A program made the position numbers and the translations under genes. Below the pieces are notes generated by a model. That model did not search any database and was not told where the DNA came from. It saw only the letters and a list, made by a program, of their open reading frames with translations. Positions 26,021-37,444 of a stretch of DNA of 64,000 nucleotides are shown one piece after another; the first letter of the stretch is position 1; each line of letters opens with the position of its first letter. Origin of the DNA: Eledone cirrhosa (lineage: Eukaryota); the NCBI GenBank assembly GCA_964016885.1, contig OZ024740.1, forward strand, positions 18,910,001 to 18,974,000. The letters run 5' to 3'.

Positions 26021-27262
26021 ACTAGCAGCAGGACCCGCCGTTGCACGGGGTAGGAAATGTGAAATAGCAACACGCATATGCAAAGATTGAGGAATATAGC
26101 TGTGTACTGTTTGAATTCCCTTATTCTCAGGGAATTATTATTCATCTACTGGAAACGTAGAACACCAGCAGGCCCGAATCGTGAAACATCTGCATGCATG
26201 TGCAAAATCTGAATGAGTGGAGGATTGATCTCGAGCAGGAATACCAGTAGTAGCAGTGTCAGTGGGCTGATTGCGGAAATACTGTATGAGAAAGGAGTAA
26301 GTAAGTGTTGTGGGGCGATGTATGTCGTAAGTCTGTTCACGTATTACGTCACAGATGGGGAACACACGTCAGTCTGAAGGAGCCACATAGTCAATTGTGT
26401 GAAAACCAAGTAGGGATGAACGTTTAAGTAGGCATACTGAGATGACGAAATCAGCGTGGCAACGCAGCTGCAGCAGAAGGGGTCATAGTGCAATAAGCAG
26501 AAACGCTGGGCGCCACTGGTTGCACTGTGTTTACACAGCAACAAAGGTGCGACAAAGGGGGTCACCGCGGAATTAGCACAATCGCTGTTCGGCGTATTTG
26601 CGCAGGGCGTCCATACTGAGGTGTAGGTGCAACAAAAGGGGTCTTAGTAGAAGTAGCACAGACGTGAGTTTTACGGTGCCAATAACACGCCAACGTACAC
26701 AGGACCCGGATTTGCGCGTGATGAAAGCACGAAGCGTCAACAGGGCACCGACAAACATTTTAAGGTCCTCCTCATTTCCTCAATTCCCCGAAAATGGTCC
26801 TGCTTAAAAGTAAGTAAGTGTTCTGTCCTCTGTTGAATAAACTAAATTTTTTACCGAAATATTATACGCTACTTACGATGTTTAAGTAGCGTTTATATTG
26901 AAAATGAAAATGGCATGTAATGCCCAATGCTAATTCGTAAATTTCCTAGAAACTATTAATGGAATCGGAATTTCTTTTCGTCCACAGCAATGCGAGGGGA
27001 CTAACTAATGTGTGCTGCAAATTTCGAGGAAATCGGCTGGATTATCTTTAAGTTAACCACAAAAATGACTGAAAATGCCTTTAAAATGCGGTTTATCGCC
27101 TAATGCGAAAAGTTAAAATTCTTTTTAGAAAAAAGTTAAAATTCTTTTTAGCCCATTGCACTTCCAGAAATATAAGTAACGCATGTGTAAAGTTTGAAAA
27201 TAATCGGTCGAATACTTCTCGAGTTTTAGGGATTTACACAGACATCTTCTGTTTTATATATA
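26021..27262 (-). mobile_element. Non-autonomous Helitron-like element
   Basis: Minus-strand 3' end CCCGTGCAACGGCGGG hairpin followed by CTAGT; both ends abut (TA)n. Confidence 0.55.
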
Positions 27263-28006
27263 TTGTCAAGCTATTTAAACGTATGTTATTACTCTAAGGA
27301 CCTACCTTGTCGAGTGCTTTGCTAACTCATTCATATAGTAGGTCGAATTTGCTTGCACACCGCCAAAGATTCGATTTTACTAAGCCTCCAATTATATTAT
27401 ATTATTTTCTCCTAGATTTAATAATTAACTAATTAATTTAATTAGACAATTCTGTTGATTGGTTAATTATTTGTGTTTGTTTAATAACATCTGGTCGAGA
27501 GCTTATTCTGAATGTTAGCGGAAATTATAATATTTCCTTTGTCTAACACTTTGAATGACCCGCCAAAAACCGGGGGTTATTTCCTTTGTTGGAAATAACA
27601 CGTGACAACTAAATGTTCGATTCGCTGCTGCTAGTTGCAACATTTAGTATTTCGCCCCGTTCTTTGGTAGAACGAAATCCTGTTGATGAAATGAATCCTC
27701 TGTTCGATCATGAATACCAGGAGCTTGCCAGTTACGTAAGTCTGATATTTGATTTCGGATTCATAGAAACACTTTAAACGTATAACGTTTGACTTGTCCA
27801 AGTGTATTTTTTCTCAACCCGTTAGTTCTTTCGTTGCTTTGGTATTGTGTGTTAGATTTTGCCTACCACAATGTTCAATTTGTCAAGCTATTTAAACGTA
27901 TGTTATTACTCTCAGGACCTACCTTGTCGAGTGCTTTGCTAACTCATTCATATAGTAGGTCGAATTTGCTTGCACACCGCCAAAGATTCGATTTTACTAA
28001 GCCTCC

Positions 28007-28010
<4 letters not shown>
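27263..28010 (+). mobile_element. 617-bp non-coding partial tandem repeat (1.2 copies) with an HHR motif
   Basis: TTGTCAAGCTATTTAAACG at 27263 and 27880; flanked by TA runs. Confidence 0.8.
27679..27806 (+). ncRNA. Hammerhead-like motif with long stem II and U3 core
   Basis: TTGATGA 27683-27689; stem II ATGAATCC/GGATTCAT (about 76 nt); GAAA 27766-27769; CA..TG-TC (GTC 27796-27798); stem I CCTG/CAAG is imperfect. Confidence 0.55.
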
Positions 28011-28043
<33 letters not shown>

Positions 28044-28230
28044 GATAAATCTACCAAAATATACGGTAGTGACCAATCCGTATGAAGAACTCAATGTAAT
28101 CCAAATATCATGAAAAGAGAAGATGTATTCAAACATTTTTTCGATGAAAATCACAGGAAAACAGAGTCAAGATAAATTAATAAAAACAATGAATAAAAAC
28201 AAAGAAACAGTTCCTTATATTAAAAAAGTA

Positions 28231-28364
28231 ATCATTTTACGATCGTTTCTAGGATACATATGTGTGTGTTGGTATGTATATCATATAGATCTATGTAAAC
28301 ATTTTACAAACTATCAGAGGAAATATACATACCTACACATAAATATGCTGTCTTCAGAAATAAT
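28231..28364 (-). ncRNA. Hammerhead ribozyme in the Penelope-like terminal repeat
   Basis: Minus strand ATTATTT-CTGAAGA-(about 100 nt stem II)-GAAA-CGATCG-TA-AAATGAT. Confidence 0.75.
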
Positions 28365-28544
28365 TGTTTCTACTTTTAGCACGAGGCTAGCAATTAAACC
28401 AGTGCATTACTGGTACTTTATTTTATCGACCCCGTAAGGATGAAAGGCAAAGTTAACCTCGACGGGATTTGAACTCAGACCGTAAAGGGACCTAACTATG
28501 CTGCAAGGCATGGCGTCCGACCCTCTACCGATACTGCCAATTCA
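28365..28544 (-). mobile_element. SINE insertion with 10-bp target-site duplication CAGAAATAAT
   Basis: TSD at 28355-28364 and 28545-28554; empty site in the other inverted arm at 29886-29895. Confidence 0.85.
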
Positions 28545-29267
28545 CAGAAATAATGATATTTGTTTATTGAAAAAAACCAACAAAGATTTAATATAATAGG
28601 TCTGTTTGGGAAAATGTTTTGAATTGACCAATAGAAAAGTAGTAAGTGGTCAAGTTGATAGAATAGTAATAGTAGAAATTTAATTTAGGGGTAGAGGAAT
28701 GCAGACTTAAGTTTTGAATGGAAAGAATACTTTGAATGAAAAGATTACTTTGGGGATGAATAGAGGTCAAGCCGGTGAAAGGTACACGAAAATTTGATGT
28801 TATTAAAGAATAATGCTAGTGTTAAAATCGAAGGAGAATAACATTTTAGGGTAAATGTGTTAGTGAGAAATACCAATCTTATTTAAAATACAAGGAATTT
28901 AGATCTATAACAAGAAATTAAATTAATTTAATTGATAGGTATACTTATAGGGATACATTTATATTAATTCATATAGATGTGATAAATAAGAGTTATTAAA
29001 GAATGTTGTTAAAAACGAATGAAACAAATTTGGGGTTAAATGTATTAGTGAGAAATAACAAACTTATATAGACTACAAGGAATTTAGATTCATAACAGGA
29101 AATTAAAATAGTTTATATGTATACTTATAGGTATTAATTTTAGGAAAAGAGAGCTGTAAAAGGGAAATAAAATTATGAAGTTCTCAGTAGTAAAATACTA
29201 ATTATAGGTTAACTAAATTAAAAAAACTAATTATAATAATTTGTAAAATATAAGTGTAAGGTGTATA

Positions 29268-29628
29268 CTAATTAGGTTTATAATATTTGAAAGTTCTTCT
29301 AATTCTATGATTGCACGATATAATTAATTCTTGTCGCTTATTTAATAGGATATCCTTAGATTCATTATTTCAAAAAGTTCCTGGGAACATAATCTACACT
29401 CATATCTGTTATTTTGATAAGGGCCCTGTTGAGCACACTCCAGGTCAGGTTATAATCGATATTCTTTTTTCTATAATTATTAATTATTTCAGCCAAGGAT
29501 GTTGTATTAGTTAATGCGGCATTTTTAAAACTATGTTTGTGGGTATTAAATCTTACTTTAAATTGGTTAGAAGTTGCTCCTATATATGAATAAGTTGAGT
29601 CCTTAGTGCTAATTTTACATTTATATAC
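29268..29628 (-). pseudogene. GIY-YIG endonuclease remnant of a Penelope-like element
   Basis: Manual translation VYKCKISTKDSTYSYIGATSNQFKVRFNTHKHSFKN..TTSLAE..LTWSVL..CRLCSQE..LLNKRQELIISCNH, with frameshifts. Confidence 0.85.
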
Positions 29629-29883
29629 TTAATAACATAGTATATATTTTCGTGTCCCTTTCACCGGCTTGACCTCTTTTCGTCCCCAAAGTAATCTTTT
29701 TATTCAAAGTATTCTTTCCATTCAAAACTTAAGTCTGCATTCCTCTACCCCTAAATTAAATTTCTACTACTACTATTCTATCAACTTGACCACTTACTAC
29801 TTTTCTATTGGTCAATTCAAAACATGTTCCCAAACAGACCTATTATATTAAATCTTTGTTGTTTTTTTTTCAATAAACAAATA

Positions 29884-30021
29884 TCATTATTTCTGAAGAC
29901 ACCATATATATGTGAAGGTATGTATATTTCCTCTGATAGTTTGCAAAATTTTTACATAGATCTATATGATATACATACCAACACACACATATATATCCTA
30001 GAAACGATCGTAAAATGATGA
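29884..30021 (+). ncRNA. Hammerhead ribozyme with about 100-nt stem II and palindromic stem III
   Basis: Stem I TCATTATTT/AAATGATGA; CTGAAGA 29893-29899; inner helices GGTATGTATAT/ATATACATACC and ATATATATGTG/CACATATATAT; GAAA 30001-30004; CGATCG; GTA triplet. Confidence 0.8.
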
Positions 30022-30614
30022 ATTTTTTAATATAAGGAACTGTTTCTTTGTTTTTATTCATTGTTTTTATTAATTTATATATATATATATATATATATAT
30101 TACTAAAACAGAGAATGTTTGTTTGACTGTCTGTCCAATCACTAAAACTCGAGAACCACCCAACCGAGTTTTTCCAAACTTTACACATGTAATACTTATA
30201 CTCCCATGAGTGTTTTGAGCAAAACATATTTCAAATTTTCAGTGCCCTAGGGACCACATAAGGTGATTTAGCGATCTCTCTCTATAATTCTTAGTCTTTC
30301 TCTTTTTAGATAGATACATAGATATAATGTTGCACCCTTATAATTGTTTCTTCTTTTGGCACAAGGCCAGCAATAACCCCGTGTATTACTGGTAGTTTAT
30401 TTTATCGGACCCGTAAGGATGAAACGCAAAGTTAACCTCCGCGGGATTTGAATATAATATCTGTCAGTATGGCTGGCTGTCTGCATTAGGTCATTATGGC
30501 GCGGTGTGTGTGTGTGTGTATGTGTGTGTGTGTGCGTGTATATAGTGTGTGTATATATATAGTGTGTAACCGTTTTCGAAATATTTACTTCTGCGTTCGC
30601 AGATTAATTATTTT

Positions 30615-30665
30615 AGTTTCAGAAGATCCCGTTAAGGGTGAAAAAAGCGATTCTTTGCTTAAACT
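30615..30665 (+). ncRNA. HHR-like motif with CAGAAGA core (family C), degenerate
   Basis: AGTTT-CAGAAGA-TCCCGTTAAGGGT-GAAA...TGC-TT-AAACT; related copies at 54187-54291. Confidence 0.45.
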
Positions 30666-30675
30666 TGAATCTGTT

Positions 30676-30821
30676 AGAAGAGGAAGACCAAGGTTAACGT
30701 ATGTTGATACCCTAAGGACAGACACTGGTCTGTTGGAGACGCAGGACATGGCAGCGATAATGAGGGACAGAGACCGCTGGAGAGAACTCGTCCATGGATC
30801 TCGGGAATTTTACCCGCCTTA
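30676..30821 (+). pseudogene. RTE-like LINE 3' end fragment (inverted partial copy at 32374-32472)
   Basis: [35 protein letters not shown]. Confidence 0.65.
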
Positions 30822-30842
30822 GATATATATATATATATATAT

Positions 30843-31290
30843 ACGTAGGTCCCGGGTTGAGTCGGGGATAACCACAGTAAGGTACTCAATACATGGCAGA
30901 GTAAAATTTTTTTATTTTATAGAAGGAGCTTCTACAGGACTAGTACTGTTTCATTCAGATGAAATCTTCAGGAAGCTGGGTGTCATATTAAGTTCTGGTA
31001 TTTATACATTTAGGTAGTGGTAAGGGAGGGGTGGTGGAAGGGGGGGGGGGTATTTAGGTACAGAGGACCACTTCATGGCACAGGCCGTTTTTTCTTTGGG
31101 GAGTGGTCAATTAGCCAGAGTGCTTTTTTGAAATAAATAAATAAGTAAATAAATAAATAAATGAATACATAGATAAAAGAATAAATAAATAAAATAAAAA
31201 AAAAAAAATAAAAAAAAATAAAAAAAATAAAAATAAATAAATAAAAACCCCAAGAATAGTAATTCAACAGATATATAGTAGGGAAATTTA
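30843..31290 (-). repeat. Family-A element, longest copy; inverted copy at 33985-34342
   Basis: 30939-31290 is the reverse complement of 33985-34342. Confidence 0.8.
30927..30977 (-). ncRNA. Type I hammerhead ribozyme (family A, complete)
   Basis: Minus strand AGCTTC-CTGAAGA-T.TTC(ATCT)GAA.T-GAAA-CAG(TACTAGTC)CTG-TA-GAAGCT. Confidence 0.8.
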
Positions 31291-31608
31291 GGTGGGTTGG
31301 TAATAGAAATTAAACATTTAACAAGACCGAATCATGGCACAGACAGGGGTGAGTGGTCAAGTTAACATACAAGCCACAGGTGGCCAGAGTGTTTTTGTTG
31401 GATGGAAAGAATAAAATATATTTACATACTCATAACCACATACAAAAACACTTACACACACATATATATACACACACATATTTTTACACACACATATTTA
31501 AACACTTACACACACATATATACCTATATATATATATATTATGAAGAGAGAAGAAACATTTAGATATAATTAGTAATAAAATGTATCATACCTAAACTGC
31601 TCCTAGAT

Positions 31609-31698
31609 TCCTCGACTACGTAGTTTCGTGGCATAAACAAAAACAATACATCATAAAGATATAGAGTCCTTGCGAGGTCTGCCGACTTATCAAGAGGA
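31609..31698 (-). ncRNA. Hammerhead ribozyme with U3-A8 core and long stem II
   Basis: Minus strand TCCTC-TTGATAA-GTCGGCA...TGCCAC-GAAA-CTACGTAG-TC-GAGGA; palindromic ACTACGTAGT stem III, GUC triplet. Confidence 0.8.
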
Positions 31699-32201
31699 TA
31701 CCTCATTTTACTAGTCTCAAGAACGCGTCTACACGACGTGAGAAAGAATCCCAAAAGGCGGAGGGGGAGATAGTCACGCGATATAACGGTCAAGAAACAG
31801 AGCTAAGCCTCTTATAACCCCGAAGAAAATACCACGGAGGCGGAGGGGGTATTTATATCGAAGCCGTAGAAGAGGTGGTGAAGGAGGCGAGAAGTATGAG
31901 TAATGGAAGCTTTCCAGCAGTCCCCACACTTCAAAGATTGCTCGACCAGAGGGAGTTATTAACAATATATTTAGAAACACACAGATACATGCGGACACAC
32001 ACATATACATGAATGCATCCGCACCCAACCGTGAGTTAAGGGTGCCAACTTCACCGATGTTGCTCAATGAATGACTGGGACAGACCAATCCGGTTGAACT
32101 AGACTGAACCAGTATCAGAGTTAAAAATACATTATGAAGAGAGAAGAAACATTTAGATATAATTAGTAATAAAATGTATCACACCTAAACTGCTCCTAGA
32201 T

Positions 32202-32291
32202 TCCTCGACTACGTAGTTTCGTCGCATAAACAAAAACAATACATCATAAAGATATAGAGTCCTTGCGAGGTCTGCCGACTTATCAAGAGGA
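32202..32291 (-). ncRNA. Hammerhead ribozyme (second copy in the 593-bp array)
   Basis: As 31609-31698, with stem II closing GTCG../..CGAC. Confidence 0.8.
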
Positions 32292-32849
32292 TACCTCATT
32301 TTACTAGTCTCAAGAACGCATCTACACGACGTGAGAAAGAATCCCAAAAGGCGGAGGGGGATATATATATATCTATCTAAGGCGGGTAAAATTCCCGAGA
32401 TCCATGGACGAGTTCTCTCCAACGGTCTCTGTCCCTCATTATCGCTGCCATATCCTGCATCTCCAACAGACCATGTGTGCACACCTACACATTCACACAC
32501 ATATACATATATATACATATATATACATATATATATATATACATATATATATACATATATATACATATATATATATATATACACACACACACATATGTGT
32601 GCGTATACACATACACACACACACACATACATATACACACACACATATATACATACATACACATATATACATATATACACAAGGAAAATCCAAACACACA
32701 AATATACACACACACACGCATACACATACACACACATATATATCTACACATACACACGTGCGCATACACACACACATATATATCTACACATACACACGTG
32801 CGCATACACATACACACATATATATATATATATATATACATATATATGT

Positions 32850-32905
<56 letters not shown>

Positions 32906-33062
32906 CTACATGTACGTATGTCTCTCTCGTGTAAACTATACTATACATACACATACATACATATGCACACACATACATACACATACATACACACACACAA
33001 ACACATACATTCACACATATATATATACATATATACACATACACACACACATACATATAAAA

Positions 33063-33143
<81 letters not shown>

Positions 33144-34340
33144 CATATATATATATATATACATACACATATACATATACATACATATATACATACACAC
33201 ACATACACATTTACAGGCAAACACGCATACATACACATACATACAAATAAGTACACATAAACGCATATGCACAAACACGCACTCGTTCGCACTCATACAT
33301 GTGTCTATAGTATAAGGGTAGTGGGACAAATTTTAAATTTTAAACTGGGCCTGATAGAGGATTAAATAATTAATGTCACTATTAAGTTATTAATATTATC
33401 ATCAAGTAATTAATTACTATTTACTATTTATTACTTACTATTTACCATTCACTATTCGTTACCTATCTTTTATCCCTTATCTATTCATTACCTAATCATT
33501 CACTCATAAATTAATAAATAAATGAATGAGTTAACTAACAAACAAACAAACAAACAAACAAACAAACAAATAAACTAATAAACCAGTAAATAAGTAAATA
33601 AATAAACAAATAAATAAATAAATGGATACATAAATAAATAAATAAGTAAATAAAGTAACTAAATAAATAAATAAATAAATAAATAAATATACAGTTAAAT
33701 AAATAAATAAATAAATAAATATACAGTTAAATAGATAAATAAATCATGAACGTGTGCGTGCAGCAGTTCATAACTGCACGTATGCAAACATGAGCAGGTA
33801 TATACGTGAATTTGTGTGTGCGGCCACGGAACTTTACTCAGAGGCATACAACACAATATATAAGACCTGGAGGGGAGGAAAGAAGGTAATAATGAGAGAT
33901 AGAGGGGAGGAAAGAGGGTAATAATGAGAGATGGAGGGACGGAAATGGGAAGGGGGGTTCAAATTTCCCTACTATATATCTGTTGAATTTCCCTACTATA
34001 TATCTGTTGAATTACTATTCTTGGGGTTTTTATTTATTTATTTTTATTTATTTTTTTATTTATTTATTATTTTTTTATTTATTTTATTTATTTATTCTTT
34101 TATCTATGTATTCATTTATTTATTTATTTACTTATTTATTTATTTCAAAAAAGCACTCTGGCTAATTGACCACTCCCCAAAGAAAAAACGGCCTGTGCCA
34201 TGAAGTGGTCCTCTGTACCTAAATACCCCCCCCCCCCCCCCTTCCACCACCCCTCCCTTACCACTACCTAAATGTATAAATACCAGAACTTAATATGACA
34301 CCCAGCTTCCTGAAGATTTCATCTGAATGAAACAGTACTA

Positions 34341-34375
<35 letters not shown>

Positions 34376-34381
34376 TAAATT

Positions 34382-34671
34382 AGCGAGAATCGTTTTCAGC
34401 TCAGGAATTAACGAAAATCAACGTCCGATATGTGTGGCAAGCGCTCGATGAATCATATGAATCAGAGCTACAACATACGTTAAGGGCCAAACACACTGAG
34501 ATGGTGGTTAAACATATCATCCGCACACCAAAACAAAACGACCAAGTAATTCGGGTCAAACAATAAAAATATGTGTTGATACTTTCCCGGACCCTGGACT
34601 GATGGTAAAATCCAGTATTGGTTTCTGCGACTCCAAATCAGGTACTGTCCGCCTACATAAAGAATGTTGGG

Positions 34672-34674
<3 letters not shown>
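34382..34674 (-). repeat. Diverged, truncated relative of the 615-bp unit with an HHR 3' half
   Basis: Shares TAGCTCTGATTCAT, TGTTTGRCCCGAAT and CA-GAAA-CC..CTGGA..TCCAG-GG-TC-CGGG. Confidence 0.65.
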
Positions 34675-34727
<53 letters not shown>

Positions 34728-34770
34728 GGAATACTGTTGGCTTCATGCTACAATACTTTCTATACCTCTC

Positions 34771-34829
<59 letters not shown>

Positions 34830-34830
<1 letters not shown>

Positions 34831-35035
34831 GTAGGTCCCGGGTTGAGTCGGGGATAACCACAGTAAGTAAGGTACTCAATACATGGCAGAGTAAAATTTT
34901 TTTATTTTATAGAAGGAGCTTCTACAGGACTAGTACTGTTTCATTCAGATGAAATCTTCAGGAAGCTCCTGAAGATTTCATCTGAATGAAACAGTACTAG
35001 TCCTGTAGAAGCTCCTTCTATAAAATAAAAAAAAA
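34830..35035. repeat. Family-A fold-back element with divergent HHRs (34917-34967 minus, 34964-35013 plus)
   Basis: Near-perfect inverted repeat about 34899-35035 centred near 34965. Confidence 0.8.
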
Positions 35036-35461
35036 ATATATATATATATATATATATTCGTGTACAGATATTTTTGCATACACATATGAACAAAAGTATT
35101 TATTTCGCGATAAAGTATTGATTTTCTTCGAACGGAAAAAACCCCAGGTAATGTACGACGAATTTTTTTTATAAGTACAAAATGTAGACACCAACCCGAG
35201 GCCGAGGTATTCTGTACTTCTCTGTACTGTTATTTATATATTCGTGTACAGATATTTTTGCATACACAATAACAAAATATAAACAAACGTATTTACTTCA
35301 CGAGGCTCGAGAAGGATAAATATATATCAAATATATAAGAACGCTAGAGCAAATCCCGAGCAACGCCGGACCATTCTGCTAGTATATATATATATATACA
35401 TGATTTAGCTTCAAGCATAGCTGTATACAGATATGTATAGAAATTTCGTATTTCTAAAGAA

Positions 35462-35544
<83 letters not shown>

Positions 35545-35589
35545 ACCATCCTCCGGGGAAACTTGAGTCCTTATGGTCCCAAAATAAAT

Positions 35590-35592
<3 letters not shown>

Positions 35593-35661
<69 letters not shown>

Positions 35662-35706
35662 CACCATTATCATCACCATCATCATCATCACCATCATCAT
35701 CACCAT
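35593..35706. repeat. Compound (CTA)n(CTG)n(CAT/CAC)n microsatellite
   Basis: Direct inspection; related copy at 35820-35900 sharing CTTATGGTCCCAAAATAAATTACC. Confidence 0.9.
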
Positions 35707-36099
35707 CTTTGCTATCAATGTGTCTTTATCGTTATTAAGAAACCATCCTTTTATTCAATGTAACCAGTCCTCATTTTGTTTTTCCCGTGTATTTTACTCT
35801 AATACCAACTTGAGACCTTATGGTCCCAAAATAAATTACCACTACTACTACTACTACTAGTAGTAGTACTACTACTACTACTGCTGCTGCTGATGCTGTT
35901 GCTGCGGCGGCGGTGTCTGCAGCCGCGGCGCGACGGCTAATTATTATTCCAGTTAATACAGCACACTGATTATAATAAAAAAAAAAAAACACAGTATACA
36001 TATATACACATGTGCATATGCATATGTAAATACAAGGAGTGATATCAATCTTACAGAGATAGTGCTCTTCTCAATACGTGTGCAGTACCAGTCAATATA

Positions 36100-36815
36100 A
36101 TTTTTTGCACCTCGTGCAGAGAGGGTAAACCAGGAATCATTCGAAAATATTGTTCTGTTCCTTTCTTTATCATACCCAGTCCTCCCACAATCATGGTATT
36201 GTAACGGCCTTGAGGTGCCACATTTTCTCAATTTCAATAAGCAGATCTTTATATTTTCGTAGCTTGTCAAACTCTTTTGCCGCGATATTGTGATCACATG
36301 GGATGCTCATATCTATAAAAAAAACAGACCTTGTTATGTTGATCTTTTATAATGATGTCAGGTCTATTTGCTTTTATGGTCCTGTCAGTATGTACAGGAA
36401 AGTCCCAGAGAATTGTTACTTTCTCTCCTTCAGTCACAGCCTCAAAGTGATGGTTGTACCACTTGTCTTCAGCTTTGATTTTGTAATGCCGACATATTAC
36501 CCAGTGTAGATATTGGCCAACTCTGTCATGTCTATATTTGTATTCTACTGGTGCTAAAACTTTACATCAAGAGACTAAGTGATCCACTGTTTCAACCCCA
36601 GCATTGCAGAATCGGCACTTTGGGTTTATTCCGTTTCTCATCACATTGACCTGGTAATTACGAGTCAATAAGCTTTGATCTTGGGCAGCTAAGATGAAGC
36701 CTTCACTCTCCGCCTTTAGCCTTGAACTACGTAGCCACTGATGTGTGTGCTTTTGATCAACATCAACTTGTTTGCTACGGGCCACATATTTGCCATGCAG
36801 AGGTTTCTGCTCCCA
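36100..36815 (-). pseudogene. R4/Dong-like RT-RLE C-terminal remnant
   Basis: HQWLRSSRLKAESEGFILAAQDQSLLTRNY..KCRFCNAGVETVDHLVS; adjacent (TAA)n. Confidence 0.8.
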
Positions 36816-37330
36816 ATTATTATTATTATTATTATTTCAAACACATTTTCTACCCAGTTAGTACAGAAAACTATTACACGTGTTTCAACATTAATATCAA
36901 ATTGACTTCAAATCCCGCCGAGGTTAACTTTGCCTTTCATCCTTGCGGGGTCGATAAAATAAAGTACCAGTAATGCACTGGGGAATGGCTGGCCTTGTGC
37001 CAAAAGTAGAAACAATTATATTGTATATTTGTATACATGGAAATCTATGTAATGTGTATGGTGGAACTAATGAATTAAATAGTGCGTAGATATATAAGGA
37101 AAGTGATGTTGGTGTTATGTGTATGTTGATGTTGTGTTCATTGTGTACCTGTTCGGGTGCGTTTCTCCTGACATTCTTTTTTGAGTGTGTGTGTTAGGTT
37201 CTGTGTGAGCCCTGTTTGTGTTTGTGTGATTGTGAGGTTCTGTGTGTGCACTCTCTGTGCGTGTGTATTTAGAAGTAAATGTATATTTACGGAGCTAACC
37301 AGTCGGCGTCCTGAATACTTTCACTCTATA

Positions 37331-37361
<31 letters not shown>

Positions 37362-37444
37362 GCCAGGGACAGACGGAGTTTGGTCCATTTGTGTTCGGAC
37401 CTGGTATAGATATGTATATATCAGAGATAAGGAATCTAATTACG

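Larger units (their letters stand above)
28173..30078 (-). mobile_element. 5'-truncated Penelope-like element with an inverted terminal (pLTR-like) repeat
   Basis: GIY-YIG remnant at 29268-29628; 28173-28790 is the reverse complement of 29650-30078 apart from a SINE insertion; each arm carries an HHR. Confidence 0.8.
31538..32360 (-). mobile_element. 593-bp non-coding partial tandem repeat (1.4 copies) with two HHRs
   Basis: ATTATGAAGAGAGAAGAAAC at 31538 and 32131; flanked by (TA)n. Confidence 0.85.

Noticed and set aside
26138-26807. GC-richer short ORFs as host exons
   Set aside because: They lie inside a Helitron-like element with no recognisable protein motif
27292-27375. CTAAGGA/CTCAGGA..GAAT as a hammerhead
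   Set aside because: G5 is missing, GAAA is absent and there is no cleavage triplet; only simple hairpins
35052-35270. About 30-bp direct repeat with a period near 185 bp as another ribozyme unit
   Set aside because: No hammerhead core found on either strand
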